From Nevskiaceae bacterium (GTDB lineage: Bacteria; Pseudomonadota; Gammaproteobacteria; Steroidobacterales; Steroidobacteraceae), in NCBI GenBank assembly GCA_046091245.1, contig JBJTBK010000052.1, positions 28-64,027 of the forward strand: a DNA stretch of 64,000 nt, written 5' to 3'. A program made the position numbers and the translations under genes. Positions within the stretch are counted from its first letter, which is position 1. The number at the start of each line of letters is the position of its first letter. Shown here one piece after another: positions 9,496-20,667 of this stretch. Under the pieces are notes generated by a model that was given only the letters and a program-made list of their open reading frames with translations, was not told the DNA's origin and ran no database searches.

Positions 9496-10730
9496 AGCAG
9501 CCCTACCTCACCGTGCGTCAATGGCTGCTCTGTGTGCTCGCCCTGGCGAGCCTGGCGGGGCCTGTGCATGCGGCTGATCAGTGGTTGAGCCATGCACAGC
9601 TCTTTGATGGCTTGCCCGGCTCCACGATCCGCAAGGTTAATCTACGCATCACGGACGGTCGCATCGCTGAGATCACAGCGGCGGTGGATCGTGCCGGTGC
9701 ACTCGATCTGCGCGGCGCCTATGTGCTGCCGGGATTCATCGACGCGCATACGCACATCGAGGATCCTGCCTCAGCACGCCGCGCGCTGTTCTCGGGTGTC
9801 ACGACCACGCGGGTACTCGGCGATGCCTTCCTCAAGGGGCTCGCGACACGCGATCTCGTGCGCGAGGGGCACGTTCCCGGCCCTCAGATGCTGGTGTCCG
9901 CGGGGCACGTACGGCCGCAACTGGGCGAAGCGTTCATCCTGAGTTTTCCGCAGTTTGGCCGTTATCTCAACGCGCCGCTGCAAGGATCCGAACAAGTGGC
10001 CGAAGTGGTACGCGCGGTGCTTGCGCGCGGTGCCGATGTCGTCAAGGTCGGGGCCAGTGAGCGAGCGGGCCTCGCCCGGACCGATCCACGCCGCCAGGAA
10101 TTGTCATACGAAGAGTTGCGTGCAGCGGTGGCCGAGGCGGCCCAGAGCGGTCGCTTTGTGGCCGCTCACGCACACGATCGCTACGGCGCAAACGCAGCGG
10201 TGCGAGCCGGGGTGCGCAGCATTGAGCATGGTACGTATGTTGACGAGGAGACCTTGGCACTGATGCGCAAACAAGGCACTTTTTTCGTGCCCACGCTCGC
10301 CATCATGAGCCCCCTCGGTGATCCGCGGGGCGATAACGCAGACGACGTAGCGTTACAGCTGCGCACATTGCACATGATGAGACCCTTGCGCGACGCCGTG
10401 CGCAAGGCCCGGTCTCTCGGCATCACAGTCGCCGTCGGTACCGACAGTTCCTATGGTGACGGCGATGATTATGGACGGGTACGTCCAGCGCACGAGATCG
10501 CCGAACTCATCGGGTGCGGCTACACGCCCCTCGAAGCGATTACGGCGGCGACCTACAATTCGGCTCGAGTGCTAGGCATCGAGGCGCGCACCGGTTCGGT
10601 CGCCGTCGGGCTGGAAGCGGACCTGTTGGTGGTCGATCGTGATCCGCGCGTCGATCCGACTACATTGTTCGAACCGCTGATGGTACTCAGCGACGGGCGT
10701 ATCGCGCTCGATCGACTCGCTTTGCGTTAG
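9468..10730 (+). CDS. Secreted metal-dependent amidohydrolase family protein
   Basis: Motifs seen are PGFIDAHTHI, AAHAHD, IEHGT and VGTDS. A signal peptide is present. An alternative start at GTG 9492 forms a GTGA overlap with the upstream stop. Confidence 0.8.
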   Translation: MGQNNDDAVKQPYLTVRQWLLCVLALASLAGPVHAADQWLSHAQLFDGLPGSTIRKVNLRITDGRIAEITAAVDRAGALDLRGAYVLPGFIDAHTHIEDPASARRALFSGVTTTRVLGDAFLKGLATRDLVREGHVPGPQMLVSAGHVRPQLGEAFILSFPQFGRYLNAPLQGSEQVAEVVRAVLARGADVVKVGASERAGLARTDPRRQELSYEELRAAVAEAAQSGRFVAAHAHDRYGANAAVRAGVRSIEHGTYVDEETLALMRKQGTFFVPTLAIMSPLGDPRGDNADDVALQLRTLHMMRPLRDAVRKARSLGITVAVGTDSSYGDGDDYGRVRPAHEIAELIGCGYTPLEAITAATYNSARVLGIEARTGSVAVGLEADLLVVDRDPRVDPTTLFEPLMVLSDGRIALDRLALR

Positions 10731-11959
10731 GGACTCGCCGCGGCAGATCCCGGGGCGGTTACCGAAGCCGCCACTGATTCGGCATCAATCAAAGCGCGTA
10801 TCTGTCGATAGAAGGTTTCACGCGCCTTGGGCTCTGGCCCAAGTGAGGCGCGTGTCCAGTTCGAGTTGCTCGCGATCACCAGTCGACGCTGCGGGTCGAT
10901 ATAAATTCCCTGGCCAAAGATTCCTTGCGCGGCGACCGCGCCGTCATCGTACGTCCACCACTGGAAGCCGTAGCCTCGACCGGGCGAGTCGATATCCTTC
11001 TGTTTGACAATCGCCTGTGAAAACCAGTCGTCGGGCACGATCTGCTTGCCGCCGGCGTTGCCGTTGGCGAGCACGAACAATCCGAAGCGGGCGTAATCGC
11101 GTGTGGCGGCCTGGATGCAGCAACCCGCGATCTCATGCCCCGTTTTGCCTTGCAGCCAGGTGGCGTTAGCTTCCATGCCAGCGGGATGCCAAATCTTCGT
11201 CTGCAGGTATTGTGCAAGGGGCTGTTTCGTCGCCGAGGAGACGAGCACACCGATGAGATTGGTCTCGCCCGTGTTGTAATGCCACACCTCGCCCGGCGGA
11301 TGCGCACGCGGTAACTTGCGCATGTAGCTGACCGTCGCATCTACGCCCTCATCGGGTGTCGCGTTATTGAACTTGGCGACATCCGCCGCAGGATCCTCGT
11401 AGTCCTCATTCCACTTCACGCCGGAACTCATGGTGAGCAGTTGGCGTATCGTGACCTCGTCGTAGGCCGACCCGCGCAAATCCGGAATGTACTGACTCAC
11501 CTTGTCTTCGAGGCTGCCGATGTAGCCGTCCTGAATGGCAGCGCCGACGAGGGTCGAGGTAAATGATTTTGCCACCGAAAAACTCGTCCAGCGACCCGAT
11601 GCATCGAAGCCAAGACCATAACGCTCGAAGCGCAGCTTACCGTCTTGCAGGATGACGAGACCTGCAGTGTTCTGTTCGCGCATGTAGACATCGATTCCCG
11701 GGATCTCCAGCGCCGGGCCCGCGGGCAACGGTAGCCGCGTGGGTGAGGCGCTGATCGTGGACGCCTTGGCCAGCAAAGGAATGCGATCCATGGCGCGGAA
11801 GGCCGCTTCCCTTTGGTCTTGCTGCCAACTGAGTACGTCCCGATCAGTCGGCAACGCGGCGAGTAAGCCGCGTGTTTCCTTATCGAGACTTGCAAACCAC
11901 AGCGCGCCTGCAAGCACCAAGACGCCGAGCACGGTGAGGCCGATATATTTTTTAGTCAT
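10727..11959 (-). CDS. Beta-lactamase-fold serine hydrolase with membrane anchor or signal
   Basis: Has the SxxK motif in FSVAKSF and HYNTGE (YxN). The start is corrected to MTKKYIGLTVLGVLVLAG at 11959, which overlaps the upstream stop by 8 nt. Confidence 0.8.
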   Translation of the reverse strand: MTKKYIGLTVLGVLVLAGALWFASLDKETRGLLAALPTDRDVLSWQQDQREAAFRAMDRIPLLAKASTISASPTRLPLPAGPALEIPGIDVYMREQNTAGLVILQDGKLRFERYGLGFDASGRWTSFSVAKSFTSTLVGAAIQDGYIGSLEDKVSQYIPDLRGSAYDEVTIRQLLTMSSGVKWNEDYEDPAADVAKFNNATPDEGVDATVSYMRKLPRAHPPGEVWHYNTGETNLIGVLVSSATKQPLAQYLQTKIWHPAGMEANATWLQGKTGHEIAGCCIQAATRDYARFGLFVLANGNAGGKQIVPDDWFSQAIVKQKDIDSPGRGYGFQWWTYDDGAVAAQGIFGQGIYIDPQRRLVIASNSNWTRASLGPEPKARETFYRQIRALIDAESVAASVTAPGSAAASP

Positions 11960-12665
11960 TTGCGATTCCCTCGATGGCGAGCAGCGTGTATTCACCTGCG
12001 CTTTGACGCAGAGGTATCGCTCGCTGGTAAGCCGGATCACGGTAGAAGGTTTCGAGTGCCTGCATGGATGGGAAGCGCAGCAGCGTCACGTCGAGGTTGC
12101 CAAATTCGCCCTCGAGCAGTTCGATATCTTTGCGACCACCCACCGAGACGAAGCTCGCGCCAGCCGCGCGGACCAGCGGCCGTGAGATGTCTGCGTATGG
12201 CTTGAGCTTGTCGCGATCCTTGATGTCGCCGATCGACAGCAGATATGCAGGTTTGCCTGAGGGTTTATTGAGATCGCCTGGAACCCCCTTGAGCTTCACG
12301 ACGGTGAAGCTGCCCGCACCGCGACGGATCTCGACGCTGCGTCGATACTCAGGACTCCACCAAAATTCGTTCGGACCTTCGAGGCGCGGAAACTTTGCGA
12401 GCACCAGCGATTGCGCCTTGAACGAGCCCTCGAGCACGGTAATGCCCCGGCCGACGGCTCCGAGAGCCAGGTAGTAGCCATCGAGTTTGGCGTAGATGGG
12501 CGGCAGGGTACGGGCGTAACGCCCCATGGCCGCGGCGTCCGTGCTCGTGCCCATCACGAGCAGGTAGGCCGGACGCATCGGGTTGGATTCGCCCATTGAT
12601 TGCGCGGGCAGCATGGTGGCAACACCGAGGCTACCGATGAGGCAGAGAACTAAACGGACGAACAT
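11952..12665 (-). CDS. Secreted protein with two tandem DUF1330-like domains
   Basis: Has a signal peptide and two repeats of the pattern AYLL..G...D......YA......A...GG......G..E.LEG (PAYLLVMGTSTD... and PAYLLSIGDIKD...). Confidence 0.7.
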   Translation of the reverse strand: MFVRLVLCLIGSLGVATMLPAQSMGESNPMRPAYLLVMGTSTDAAAMGRYARTLPPIYAKLDGYYLALGAVGRGITVLEGSFKAQSLVLAKFPRLEGPNEFWWSPEYRRSVEIRRGAGSFTVVKLKGVPGDLNKPSGKPAYLLSIGDIKDRDKLKPYADISRPLVRAAGASFVSVGGRKDIELLEGEFGNLDVTLLRFPSMQALETFYRDPAYQRAIPLRQSAGEYTLLAIEGIAND

Positions 12666-12799
12666 CGCCAGGGCTCCGCGTTGAGGCTTCGATGCCCGCG
12701 CACGTTAGCACCATCCGCTGCGGGCATCATCCAGCCACGTAACCGGGCGGCAATCGCACGGGAAGCGGCGGTTGAATCGATGCGCTAGGCTTGCCGGTC

Positions 12800-13225
12800 A
12801 TGAATACGAGCGACAACCTGAGTGACGATCACCCGATCGCTCGCTGGCACCGAATCCTGCGCGACCGCGACATGTCGGGCTTGAATGCGCTGCTCGACGA
12901 ACAGGCCGTGTTCCACTCTCCCGTGGTGCATACCCCGCAGGTCGGCAAGGCGCGCGTCCTGGGCTATCTCACGGCGGCGGCGGTGGTCCTGGCTACGCCG
13001 TCGTTCCGTTACGTCCGCCAGATCGTCGGTCCGCAGGATGCCTTGCTTGAGTTCGTCACCGAGCTCGAGGGCGTACAAGTCAACGGCATCGACTTGATCC
13101 GCTGGAACGAGGCCGGACGGATCCTCGACTTTAAGGTCATGGTGCGGCCGCTGAACGCCATACAAGCCGTGCAGCACTCCATGGCCGAGGCGCTGCAGCG
13201 CATGGCGAGCGGTGGGGCCGCCTAA
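12800..13225 (+). CDS. NTF2 / SnoaL-like family protein
   Basis: Small protein with WHRILRDRDMSGLNALLDEQAVFHSPV, typical of SnoaL-like folds. ATG at 12800 is preferred over the TTG at 12791 used by the track. Confidence 0.65.
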   Translation: MNTSDNLSDDHPIARWHRILRDRDMSGLNALLDEQAVFHSPVVHTPQVGKARVLGYLTAAAVVLATPSFRYVRQIVGPQDALLEFVTELEGVQVNGIDLIRWNEAGRILDFKVMVRPLNAIQAVQHSMAEALQRMASGGAA

Positions 13226-13232
13226 GGCCCGC

Positions 13233-13288
13233 GGCCCGTCGGATCTGTCCGGCCCGTCGGGCGGTTGACCGGGGTGCCCGTCGGGCGG
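13233..13288. repeat. Three direct copies of GCCCGTCGG(GCGG) upstream of scpA
   Basis: The copies are GGCCCGTCGG at 13233, GGCCCGTCGGGCGG at 13251 and TGCCCGTCGGGCGG at 13275. They lie in the 147-nt intergenic region. Confidence 0.6.
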
Positions 13289-13372
13289 GAAGCCCCTCCC
13301 CTTGCTAGACTGCCGGTTTTGGCAGGGAACGCCCGAAGGGTGGGCGTGTCCCGTAGGGGCTGGGGAACGCGC

Positions 13373-15532
13373 ATGGCCAACGACGACATTCTCGACTCGG
13401 GCTCACTGCCGATGTGGCAGAAGGCGGCCGCCAAGTCGACCCCCGAGGGCGATCTCGGCAAGCTCAACTGGCGTACGCCGGAGGGTCTCGAGGTCAAGCC
13501 GCTGTACACAGCGGCTGACCTGCAGGGGCTGCACTACACCGACACCTTGCCCGGGTTCGCGCCATTTTTGCGCGGTCCGCAGCCCACCATGTACGCGGTC
13601 CGGCCCTGGACCATCCGCCAGTACGCCGGATTCTCCACCGCGGAAGCCTCCAACGCGTTTTATCGCAAGTCACTGGCCGCCGGTGGGCAAGGAGTCTCGG
13701 TCGCTTTCGACCTTGCGACGCATCGCGGCTATGACAGTGACCACCCGCGTGTGACGGGGGATGTGGGCAAGGCCGGTGTGGCGATCGATTCGGTCGAGGA
13801 CATGAAGATCCTGTTCGACGCCATTCCGCTCGACAAGGTCAGTGTGTCGATGACCATGAACGGCGCGGTGCTGCCGGTGCTTGCGGCATACGTGGTCGCC
13901 GCTGAGGAGCAGGGCGTTGCGCAGGATCAGCTCTCGGGCACGATCCAGAACGACATCCTCAAAGAATTCATGGTGCGCAACACCTACATCTACCCGCCGG
14001 AGCCGTCGATGCGCCTCGTCGGCGATATCATCGAGTACACGGCAAAGCAGATGCCGAAGTTCAACTCGATTTCCATTTCCGGCTATCACATGCAGGAGGC
14101 GGGCGCGAACCAGGCGCTGGAACTCGCCTTCACGCTGGCTGACGGCAAGGAGTACGTGAAGACGGCCCTGGCCAAAGGACTCGATGTCGATGAGTTCGCC
14201 GGCCGCTTGAGTTTCTTCTGGGCGATCGGCATGAATTTCTACCTTGAGATCGCCAAGATGCGCGCGGCGCGCTTGCTGTGGTGGAAGATCATGCAGGGCT
14301 TTGGCGCGAAGAAACCCAAGAGCCTGATGCTGCGCACACACTGCCAGACCTCCGGCTGGAGTCTCACCGAACAAGACCCGTACAACAACGTCGTGCGTAC
14401 CACGATCGAGGCGATGGCGGCGGTGTTCGGCGGCACACAGAGTCTGCACACCAACTCTTTTGACGAGGCGATTGCGTTGCCGACCGAGTTCAGCGCGCGT
14501 ATTGCCCGCAACACGCAGTTGATTCTGCAGGAAGAGACGCACATCACGAGCGTGGTCGACCCTTGGGCCGGCAGCTACATGATGGAGAAGCTGACGCAGG
14601 ATATGGCCGATGCTGCATGGAAGATCATCGAAGAGGTCGATGCCATGGGTGGCATGACCCGCGCGGTCGAAAGTGGCTGGGCGAAGCTGCGCATCGAGGC
14701 CAGTGCCGCCGAGAAGCAGGCGCGCATCGACTCGGGTCGCGATGTCATCGTCGGTGTCAATAAATTCAAGCTCGCTAAAGAAGATCCGGTCGAGATTCTC
14801 GAGATCGATAACGTTGCCGTGCGCGACAACCAGATCGCTCGGCTGCAGGCTGTGCGTGCCTCGCGAGATACGACGCGGGTGCAGGCTGCACTCGCAGCCC
14901 TGGCCGCAGCAGCAAAAAGCGGTACGGGTAATCTGCTCGCCTTGTCCGTCGAGGCCATGCGCGCGCGGGCCACGGTTGGCGAGGTCAGTGATGCGCTCGA
15001 GCAAGTCTGGGGCCGGCACCGGGCCAATTCGCAGGAGGTCAGTGGCGTGTACGCGGGAGCCTACGAATCGCAGGAAAGTTGGACGGCCTTGCAGTCGGAT
15101 ATCGCCGCCTTCGCCACCGAGCATGGCCGACGGCCGCGGGTGATGATCGCCAAACTGGGTCAGGATGGTCATGACCGTGGCGCCAAGGTGGTCGCCAGCG
15201 CATTTGCCGATCTCGGCTTCGATGTCGACGTCGGGCCGCTGTTCCAGACGCCTGAGGAGTGTGCGCGTCAGGCCATCGAAAACGACGTACATGCGGTCGG
15301 TGTGAGCACGCTGGCCGCTGGGCACAAGACCCTCGTTCCTGCCATCGTGCGCGCGTTGCGTGAGCAAGGCGCGAACGACATCATCGTGTTCGTCGGTGGC
15401 GTGATCCCGCAACAAGACTACGCGTTCCTCTACGAGGCCGGCGTGAAGGGGATCTACGGACCGGGAACGCCGATCCCCGACAGTGCACGCGATGTGCTCA
15501 ATCAGATCAAGCGCGCCAGTGCCGCTGCCTGA
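13373..15532 (+). CDS. scpA: Methylmalonyl-CoA mutase, single-polypeptide (large) form
   Basis: Start is [19 protein letters not shown]. Family-typical stretches are [12 protein letters not shown] and [13 protein letters not shown], plus the C-terminal B12 domain motif [11 protein letters not shown]. The track start at 13265 is over-extended. Confidence 0.95.
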   Translation: MANDDILDSGSLPMWQKAAAKSTPEGDLGKLNWRTPEGLEVKPLYTAADLQGLHYTDTLPGFAPFLRGPQPTMYAVRPWTIRQYAGFSTAEASNAFYRKSLAAGGQGVSVAFDLATHRGYDSDHPRVTGDVGKAGVAIDSVEDMKILFDAIPLDKVSVSMTMNGAVLPVLAAYVVAAEEQGVAQDQLSGTIQNDILKEFMVRNTYIYPPEPSMRLVGDIIEYTAKQMPKFNSISISGYHMQEAGANQALELAFTLADGKEYVKTALAKGLDVDEFAGRLSFFWAIGMNFYLEIAKMRAARLLWWKIMQGFGAKKPKSLMLRTHCQTSGWSLTEQDPYNNVVRTTIEAMAAVFGGTQSLHTNSFDEAIALPTEFSARIARNTQLILQEETHITSVVDPWAGSYMMEKLTQDMADAAWKIIEEVDAMGGMTRAVESGWAKLRIEASAAEKQARIDSGRDVIVGVNKFKLAKEDPVEILEIDNVAVRDNQIARLQAVRASRDTTRVQAALAALAAAAKSGTGNLLALSVEAMRARATVGEVSDALEQVWGRHRANSQEVSGVYAGAYESQESWTALQSDIAAFATEHGRRPRVMIAKLGQDGHDRGAKVVASAFADLGFDVDVGPLFQTPEECARQAIENDVHAVGVSTLAAGHKTLVPAIVRALREQGANDIIVFVGGVIPQQDYAFLYEAGVKGIYGPGTPIPDSARDVLNQIKRASAAA

Positions 15533-16538
15533 CGACGATCAATCATTGATTATCGGCGTGCGTGCCGGTGATCGGCGAGCGCTGGCCAAGGCCATCACGC
15601 TGCTTGAGTCGACTCGGCCCGAACACCGGCGCCGCGCCGACGGCGTACTCGATGCCTTGTTGCCGCATGCGGGCGCCGCCTTGCGGCTCGGAATCTCCGG
15701 CGTGCCGGGTGTCGGAAAATCAACCTTCATCGAAGCGCTGGGAATGTTCCTGCTGGCGCGTGGCCACAAGGTCGCGGTGCTCGCCGTCGATCCGTCCTCA
15801 GGCGTTTCGGGCGGCTCCATCCTCGGCGACAAAACGCGCATGGAGCAACTATCAGTTCAGGCGGACGCGTACATCCGACCGAGTCCCTCGTCGGGCACTT
15901 TGGGTGGTGTCGCGGAGAAAACTCGCGAAGCGATGCTCGTGTGCGAGGCGGCCGGCTACGACGTCGTTATCGTTGAAACCGTCGGTGTTGGCCAATCCGA
16001 GACCACTGTGGCGGGCATGACGGACATGTTCGTTCTACTGCAGTTACCCAATGCCGGTGACGACTTGCAGGCCATGAAGAAAGGCATCATGGAACTCGCC
16101 GATCTCGTGGTCATCAATAAGGCCGATCTCGACGAGGACGCGGCGTTACGCGCCGAGGCGCAGATTACCGGTGCGCTGCGCGTGTTGCGCTTCACGGGAG
16201 CTCCGGGCACCCGCGACGAGGATCGATGGCAGACGCGTGTGATCCGCGGCAGTGCCCTGCGCGGTAGCGGACTCGAACACTTTTGGGAGTGTGTCGGGGA
16301 GTTTCGGCATCTGCGCGAGCGTTCGGGCGAGTGGGCCGAGCGTCGACGACAGCAGTCGCTCAAGTGGATGTGGGACGAGGTGCATGCGCGGCTCTTCGCC
16401 GATTTCAATGCCAGCGAAGCCGTGCGTCGCGCGTTGCCGCAGGCGCTGCAGGACGTGGCGAGCTCCCGTGTGGCACCCTCGTCAGCCGCGCGTCGACTAC
16501 TCGATCTCTTTGAACACCCGACCGATCATCCCGGATAA
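15483..16538 (+). CDS. meaB: Methylmalonyl-CoA mutase-associated G-protein chaperone MeaB/ArgK
   Basis: Has the P-loop GVPGVGKST plus [10 protein letters not shown] and NKADL. The start is uncertain (ATG 15492 or GTG 15519) because it overlaps the scpA 3' end. Confidence 0.9.
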   Translation: MHAMCSIRSSAPVPLPDDDQSLIIGVRAGDRRALAKAITLLESTRPEHRRRADGVLDALLPHAGAALRLGISGVPGVGKSTFIEALGMFLLARGHKVAVLAVDPSSGVSGGSILGDKTRMEQLSVQADAYIRPSPSSGTLGGVAEKTREAMLVCEAAGYDVVIVETVGVGQSETTVAGMTDMFVLLQLPNAGDDLQAMKKGIMELADLVVINKADLDEDAALRAEAQITGALRVLRFTGAPGTRDEDRWQTRVIRGSALRGSGLEHFWECVGEFRHLRERSGEWAERRRQQSLKWMWDEVHARLFADFNASEAVRRALPQALQDVASSRVAPSSAARRLLDLFEHPTDHPG

Positions 16539-16568
16539 CCGATTAGCTCAGAAAGAAGGAATCAGGCC

Positions 16569-18101
16569 ATGCACGACATCATCCACCAGCTCGAGAAAAA
16601 ACGCGCGCAAGCCCGTCAGGGCGGCGGTGCCAAGCGCGTCGCAGCGCAGCATGCCAAGGGCAAGCTCACGGCACGCGAGCGCGTTGAACTGCTGCTCGAC
16701 GAAGGGTCGTTCGAAGAATGGGACATGTTCGTCGAGCATCGTTGCAGCGACTTCGGCATGCAGGAGCAGAAGATCCCTGGCGATGGTGTCGTCACCGGAT
16801 GTGGCTTCATCAACGGTCGGCTGGTGTTCGTCTTCAGTCAGGACTTCACGGTGTTCGGCGGCTCGCTCTCCGAAGCGCACGCGCAGAAGATCTGCAAGAT
16901 CATGGATACGGCGATGAAGGTTGGCGCACCCGTGATCGGCATCAACGACTCGGGTGGTGCGCGTATCCAGGAGGGCGTCGCCTCGCTCGGTGGCTACGCC
17001 GAGGTGTTCCAGCGCAACGTCACGGCCAGCGGCGTCGTGCCGCAGATCAGTCTGATCATGGGGCCCTGCGCCGGCGGCGCGGTGTACAGCCCGGCCCTCA
17101 CCGACTTCATCTTCATGGTGAAGGACAGTTCTTACATGTTCGTCACTGGACCAGACGTCGTGAAAACGGTGACCCATGAGGAAGTCACGGCGGAGGATCT
17201 CGGCGGCGCCATCACGCATACGAGCCGAAGCGGCGTGGCGGATCTTGCTTTCGAGAACGACGTCGAGGTCATCTTGATGGTGCGCCGGTTTTTCAATTAC
17301 CTGCCGCCCAACAATCGCGAAAAGCCGCCGATACGCGAGGCCGGTGATCCGCCTGATCGCGACGACTATTCGCTCGACACGCTAGTACCAGATAACCCGA
17401 ACAAACCCTATGACATGAAGGAACTGCTCTCGAAGATTGTCGATGATGGCGAATTCTTCGAGCTGCAGCCGGACTACGCCAAGAACATACTCATCGGCTT
17501 TGCACGCATGGACGGGCAGGTGGTGGGCATCGTCGCCAACCAGCCGCTGGTGCTAGCCGGCTGCCTCGACATCAAAAGCAGCATCAAGGCTGCCCGCTTC
17601 GTGCGTTTCTGCGATGCCTTCGGCATTCCGGTCGTGACCTTCGTCGACGTGCCAGGCTTCATGCCGGGCACCTCTCAGGAGTACGGCGGCATCATCAAGC
17701 ATGGCGCCAAACTGCTGTATGCCTATGCTGAGTGCACGGTGCCGAAGATCACGGTGATCACGCGTAAAGCCTACGGTGGCGCCTACGATGTGATGGCTTC
17801 GAAGCACCTGCGCGGTGACGTCAACTTCGCTTGGCCTAATGCCGAGATCGCGGTGATGGGTGCCAAGGGTGCGGTGGAGATCATCTTCCGCGAGGAAAAG
17901 AGTGATCCGGCCAAGTTCGCGGCGCGGGAGGCCGAGTATCGCGAGAAGTTTGCCAACCCGTTCATCGCCGGCGCACGCGGCTACATCGATGATGTGATCA
18001 TGCCGCACGGCACGCGCCGACGCGTCTGTCGCGCGCTGACGGTCCTGCGCGACAAGAAGCTCGAAGAGCCATGGCGCAAGCATGGCAACATCCCCCTTTG
18101 A
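16569..18101 (+). CDS. pccB: Propionyl-CoA carboxylase beta (carboxyltransferase) subunit
   Basis: The 510 aa product shows the classic carboxyltransferase stretches [29 protein letters not shown] and [13 protein letters not shown]. Confidence 0.9.
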   Translation: MHDIIHQLEKKRAQARQGGGAKRVAAQHAKGKLTARERVELLLDEGSFEEWDMFVEHRCSDFGMQEQKIPGDGVVTGCGFINGRLVFVFSQDFTVFGGSLSEAHAQKICKIMDTAMKVGAPVIGINDSGGARIQEGVASLGGYAEVFQRNVTASGVVPQISLIMGPCAGGAVYSPALTDFIFMVKDSSYMFVTGPDVVKTVTHEEVTAEDLGGAITHTSRSGVADLAFENDVEVILMVRRFFNYLPPNNREKPPIREAGDPPDRDDYSLDTLVPDNPNKPYDMKELLSKIVDDGEFFELQPDYAKNILIGFARMDGQVVGIVANQPLVLAGCLDIKSSIKAARFVRFCDAFGIPVVTFVDVPGFMPGTSQEYGGIIKHGAKLLYAYAECTVPKITVITRKAYGGAYDVMASKHLRGDVNFAWPNAEIAVMGAKGAVEIIFREEKSDPAKFAAREAEYREKFANPFIAGARGYIDDVIMPHGTRRRVCRALTVLRDKKLEEPWRKHGNIPL

Positions 18102-18124
18102 GCGACACCGCGGAGCACACTGAC

Positions 18125-20155
18125 ATGTTCAAGAAAATCCTTATTGCCAATCGCGGTGAAATCGCTTGTCGCGTCATCAAGACGGCACGACGCCTCGGCA
18201 TCAAGACCGTCGCCGTTTATTCGGAGGCGGATCGCGACGCACGTCATGTCGAACTCGCCGACGAGGCCGTACTGCTCGGGCCCGCGCCGTCGCGCGAGTC
18301 ATATCTGGTAGCCGACAAGATCATCGCTGCCTGCAAGCAAACGGGCGCTGAAGCGGTTCATCCGGGCTATGGCTTTCTGTCCGAAAACGCCGCTTTCGCC
18401 AAGCGCGTCGAGGAGGAGGGCATCGTCTTCATCGGCCCGAAGCACCACTCGATCGCTGCGATGGGCGACAAGATCGCCTCGAAGGAGTTGGCGGCCAAAG
18501 CCCAGGTCAACACCATTCCCGGTTACAACAACGCCATCGAATCGGCCGAGCAGGCGGTCGGCATCGCCCGCGACATCGGTTACCCGGTGATGATCAAGGC
18601 GAGCGCAGGTGGTGGCGGAAAGGGCTTGCGTGTCGCTTGGAACGACAAGGAAGCCCTAGAGGGCTTCACCTCCTGCCGCAACGAGGCGCGCAACAGCTTC
18701 GGTGACGATCGCGTGTTCATCGAAAAGTTCGTCGAGGAACCGCGCCACATCGAGATCCAGGTGCTCGGCGACTCGCACGGCAACTGTGTTTATCTTTGGG
18801 AACGCGAGTGCTCGATTCAGCGTCGGCACCAGAAGGTGATCGAAGAGGCGCCGAGCCCGTTCCTCGATGACAAGACTCGCAAAGCCATGGGCGAGCAGGC
18901 CGTGGCACTGGCGCGCGCGGTCGATTATCAGAGCGCTGGCACCGTGGAGTTCGTGGTCGGCAAGGACAAGGAATTTTATTTCCTCGAGATGAACACCCGT
19001 CTGCAGGTGGAGCATCCCGTTACCGAGTGCATCACGGGGCTCGATCTGGTCGAACAGATGATCCGCGTCGCAGCGGGTGAGAAGCTTACCTTCCGTCAGC
19101 AGGACATCGCCCGTAACGGTTGGGCAATCGAGTGCCGTATCAACGCCGAAGACCCGTTCCGTAATTTCCTGCCCTCGACGGGGCGACTGGTGAAGTACCG
19201 ACCGCCGAACCAAAACATGGAGGCCTCGCAGCCCGTGCCGCCCGATGGTGGCGTGCGGGTCGATACGGGCGTGTACGAGGGTGGCGAAATCCCGATGTTC
19301 TACGACTCGATGATCGCCAAGCTCATCGTGCACGGCAAAGATCGCAACGAGGCGATTGGTCGCATGCGCGAGGCGCTCAACGGTTTCGTCATCCGGGGCA
19401 TCTCAAGCAACATCCCGTTCCAAGCCGCATTGCTCGCCCACCCGAGATTTGTGGCGGGAGACTTCAATACGGGTTTCATCGCGGAGCAGTATCCCAAAGG
19501 GTTCTCGAGTTCTGCGGTGCCGCACGATGAGCCAGGTTTCTTGCTGTCGTTGGCTGCGGTGTCGCATCGACGCTCGCGCGAACGAGCCGCAACGCTCACC
19601 GGTCAGCGTCGACATCGCGAGGTGCGAATTCGCGAGGATTTCGTGATCGTGCTGACCGACGAGACTGGGAAAAGGGATCAGATCCCGGTCGCCGTGCGAC
19701 CGATCGGCTTGATGTTCCATGTCACGCTCGCGGGTAAGACGCATGAGGTGGCTTTCGAAGACAACTTGCGCGATATCGCCGTGCACGGACAGTTTGATGG
19801 CGAGTCGTGTTGTGCGCAGATCGAACGCATTGGTCTTGGCTATCGGATCACGCACAACGGTTCGTCCCTGTTCGCGCGCGTCTATAACCCACGCGCCGCA
19901 GAACTCGAAGCACTGATGCCCTTCAAGGCACCGCCCGATCTGTCGAAGGTACTGATCTCGCCCATGCCTGGTCTGCTGGTCGACGTTGCGGTGCAACCGG
20001 GCCAAACCGTACGCGCCGGTGAGCGACTCGCAGCGATTGAGGCGATGAAGATGGAGAATATCCTCTTCGCGACCCAAGACTGCGTCGTCTCAGAGGTGCT
20101 CGCCAAGAAGGGCGATAGCCTTGCCGTCGATCAGGTGATCATCCGCTTTCAGTGA
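18125..20155 (+). CDS. pccA: Propionyl/acetyl-CoA carboxylase alpha subunit (biotin carboxylase + BCCP)
   Basis: Start is MFKKILIANRGEIACRVI. It has an ATP-grasp BC domain and the C-terminal biotinylation motif EAMKME. The track start at 18071 is over-extended. Confidence 0.9.
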   Translation: MFKKILIANRGEIACRVIKTARRLGIKTVAVYSEADRDARHVELADEAVLLGPAPSRESYLVADKIIAACKQTGAEAVHPGYGFLSENAAFAKRVEEEGIVFIGPKHHSIAAMGDKIASKELAAKAQVNTIPGYNNAIESAEQAVGIARDIGYPVMIKASAGGGGKGLRVAWNDKEALEGFTSCRNEARNSFGDDRVFIEKFVEEPRHIEIQVLGDSHGNCVYLWERECSIQRRHQKVIEEAPSPFLDDKTRKAMGEQAVALARAVDYQSAGTVEFVVGKDKEFYFLEMNTRLQVEHPVTECITGLDLVEQMIRVAAGEKLTFRQQDIARNGWAIECRINAEDPFRNFLPSTGRLVKYRPPNQNMEASQPVPPDGGVRVDTGVYEGGEIPMFYDSMIAKLIVHGKDRNEAIGRMREALNGFVIRGISSNIPFQAALLAHPRFVAGDFNTGFIAEQYPKGFSSSAVPHDEPGFLLSLAAVSHRRSRERAATLTGQRRHREVRIREDFVIVLTDETGKRDQIPVAVRPIGLMFHVTLAGKTHEVAFEDNLRDIAVHGQFDGESCCAQIERIGLGYRITHNGSSLFARVYNPRAAELEALMPFKAPPDLSKVLISPMPGLLVDVAVQPGQTVRAGERLAAIEAMKMENILFATQDCVVSEVLAKKGDSLAVDQVIIRFQ

Positions 20156-20644
20156 GTGACGACGATGTCTGCAGCACGACCGTTTCGCATTCTCGGCATT
20201 CAGCAGATCGCCATCGGCGGCGAGGACAAGCAGCGCCTGCGGCGCTTGTGGGTCGATATGCTCGGCCTCGAAGTGACGGGTAACTTCGTCAGCGAGCGAG
20301 AGAACGTCGACGAAGATATTTGTGCGATGGGCCGCGGCGCCATGCGTGTAGAAGTCGATTTGATGCAGCCGCTCGACCCCGCGAAGAAGCCGGCGGTACA
20401 TGCGACGCCGCTCAACCATATGGGTCTGTGGGTCGATGATCTGCCGACGGCGGTGACCTGGCTGACGGCACAGGGTGTGCGATTCGCGCCGGGTGGGATC
20501 CGCAAGGGTGCAGCCGGCTACGACATTTGCTTTTTGCATCCGAAGGGCAACGAAGAGTTTCCGATCGGCGGCGAGGGCGTGCTGGTGGAACTCGTGCAGG
20601 CGCCGCCCGAGGTCATTGCCGCGCTCGGCGGCGAGGCGCACTAG
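20156..20644 (+). CDS. VOC/glyoxalase-fold protein, probable methylmalonyl-CoA epimerase
   Basis: VOC-fold pattern (IAIG...LGL...H.GLWVDD...GVLVELVQ) and a position immediately after pccA. ATG at 20165 is an alternative start. Confidence 0.6.
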   Translation: MTTMSAARPFRILGIQQIAIGGEDKQRLRRLWVDMLGLEVTGNFVSERENVDEDICAMGRGAMRVEVDLMQPLDPAKKPAVHATPLNHMGLWVDDLPTAVTWLTAQGVRFAPGGIRKGAAGYDICFLHPKGNEEFPIGGEGVLVELVQAPPEVIAALGGEAH

Positions 20645-20667
20645 ACGGCAGTGATGCGGGCAACGCG

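Noticed and set aside
13226-13372. Cobalamin riboswitch upstream of the B12-dependent mutase.
   Set aside because: There is no B12-box-like element, and the region is too short. Only the short direct repeats reported separately are present.
13670-15415. Long antisense ORFs: 581 aa opposite scpA, and similar ones at 6255..7349, 26920..28707, 40925..42472, 47453..48895 and 59330..60562.
   Set aside because: These are typical high-GC stop-codon-poor shadow frames opposite well-supported genes. The products are Arg/His/Asp/Gly-rich with no recognisable motifs.
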